NCBI RefSeq assembly: GCF_001194135.2
Contig: NC_068982.1
Location: 142,648,858-142,685,223, forward strand
Source of the DNA: Octopus bimaculoides
Lineage: Eukaryota
Length of the DNA stretch: 36,366 nucleotides
Direction: 5' to 3'
Both the position numbers and the translations under genes were made by a program. The notes under the pieces were generated by a model, which saw only the letters and a program-made list of their open reading frames with translations, was not told the origin of the DNA and searched no databases. Shown here in pieces: positions 35,738-36,366 of the stretch. Numbering within the stretch: position 1 is the first letter of the stretch; each line of letters opens with the position of its first letter.

Positions 35738-36236
35738 ATATAAAATGGGTGTGGCAAAAAGCGACAGATGATTATGAAAAAATATAAACAAGAATGTATG
35801 AATGTATGTTGTAAAGTCTATAAGGAAAAAACTTTTCATAACTTAAAACAGGAACAAGACAAGAGATGAAGTTGTAAAATCAATAAAACGGAATAGGAAG
35901 GACTGTGTTGAAAAAAACAGAGACGATTCGAACAGGAGGGTTAAAAACTAATTATATGCAGAGCACGTAGAGTAAGGAGTGATCATAGCAAAAGGGGTGT
36001 GAAAAGGAATGCTATAAAATTAAATTTACAAGGGTTAGGTGGAAGGTATAATGAAATCCCATTGACATGGTAAAGTATCCAGATAGGGAAGGCAACCTAA
36101 TGTTGCAAATCATACAGGAATGGTTTAATGATTGGTTCGACGAAAGTCACGTGCTGCATAGCAGAGGTTCTGTGGAAAAAGACAGATAAGGGGAAATGTT
36201 TATAACGGAGCTAATGTATTCGACAGTCTACCTATT

Positions 36237-36308
36237 TCTGTATCTATCAATCAATCTATCTATCTATCTATCTATCTATATGTGTGCATGTGTCTACACA
36301 CACACACA

Positions 36309-36366
<58 letters not shown>
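36237..36366. repeat. (TATC)n then (CA)n microsatellite
   Basis: Direct reading. Confidence 0.95.

Overview
AT-rich eukaryotic DNA with 11 assembly gaps, each touching a (TA)n tract. There is no recognisable intact gene, and no prokaryotic feature such as an operon or CRISPR array. The density of TA/CA/GA microsatellites and the SINE families suggest an octopus-like cephalopod genome; this is inference from recalled repeat families, not a database hit. The identifiable content is mostly decayed mobile DNA. (1) About 20 tRNA-derived SINE copies or fragments in three families that I label A, B and C. (2) A 3' fragment of an R4/Dong-type non-LTR retrotransposon with a CCHC knuckle and a restriction-like endonuclease (10.9-12.1 kb). 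(3) Two RTE-clade LINE fragments (8.0-8.5 kb on +, 16.5-17.0 kb on -). (4) Three Tc1/mariner-superfamily remnants: an internally deleted copy with long TIRs (7.4-7.9 kb), a D,D37-type fragment (22.7-23.3 kb) and a classical mariner 3' end (25.1-25.3 kb). Almost all long ORFs in the track are artefacts of N-runs, microsatellites or antisense reading of these elements. The best non-TE signals are a candidate 60-nt + strand exon (20133-20192), a C2H2 zinc-finger-like remnant (30.7 kb) and a ~55-nt hairpin (13.7 kb). I did not find convincing evidence of a new biological system. The most interesting structure is the modular, chimeric architecture and clustering of the SINEs.
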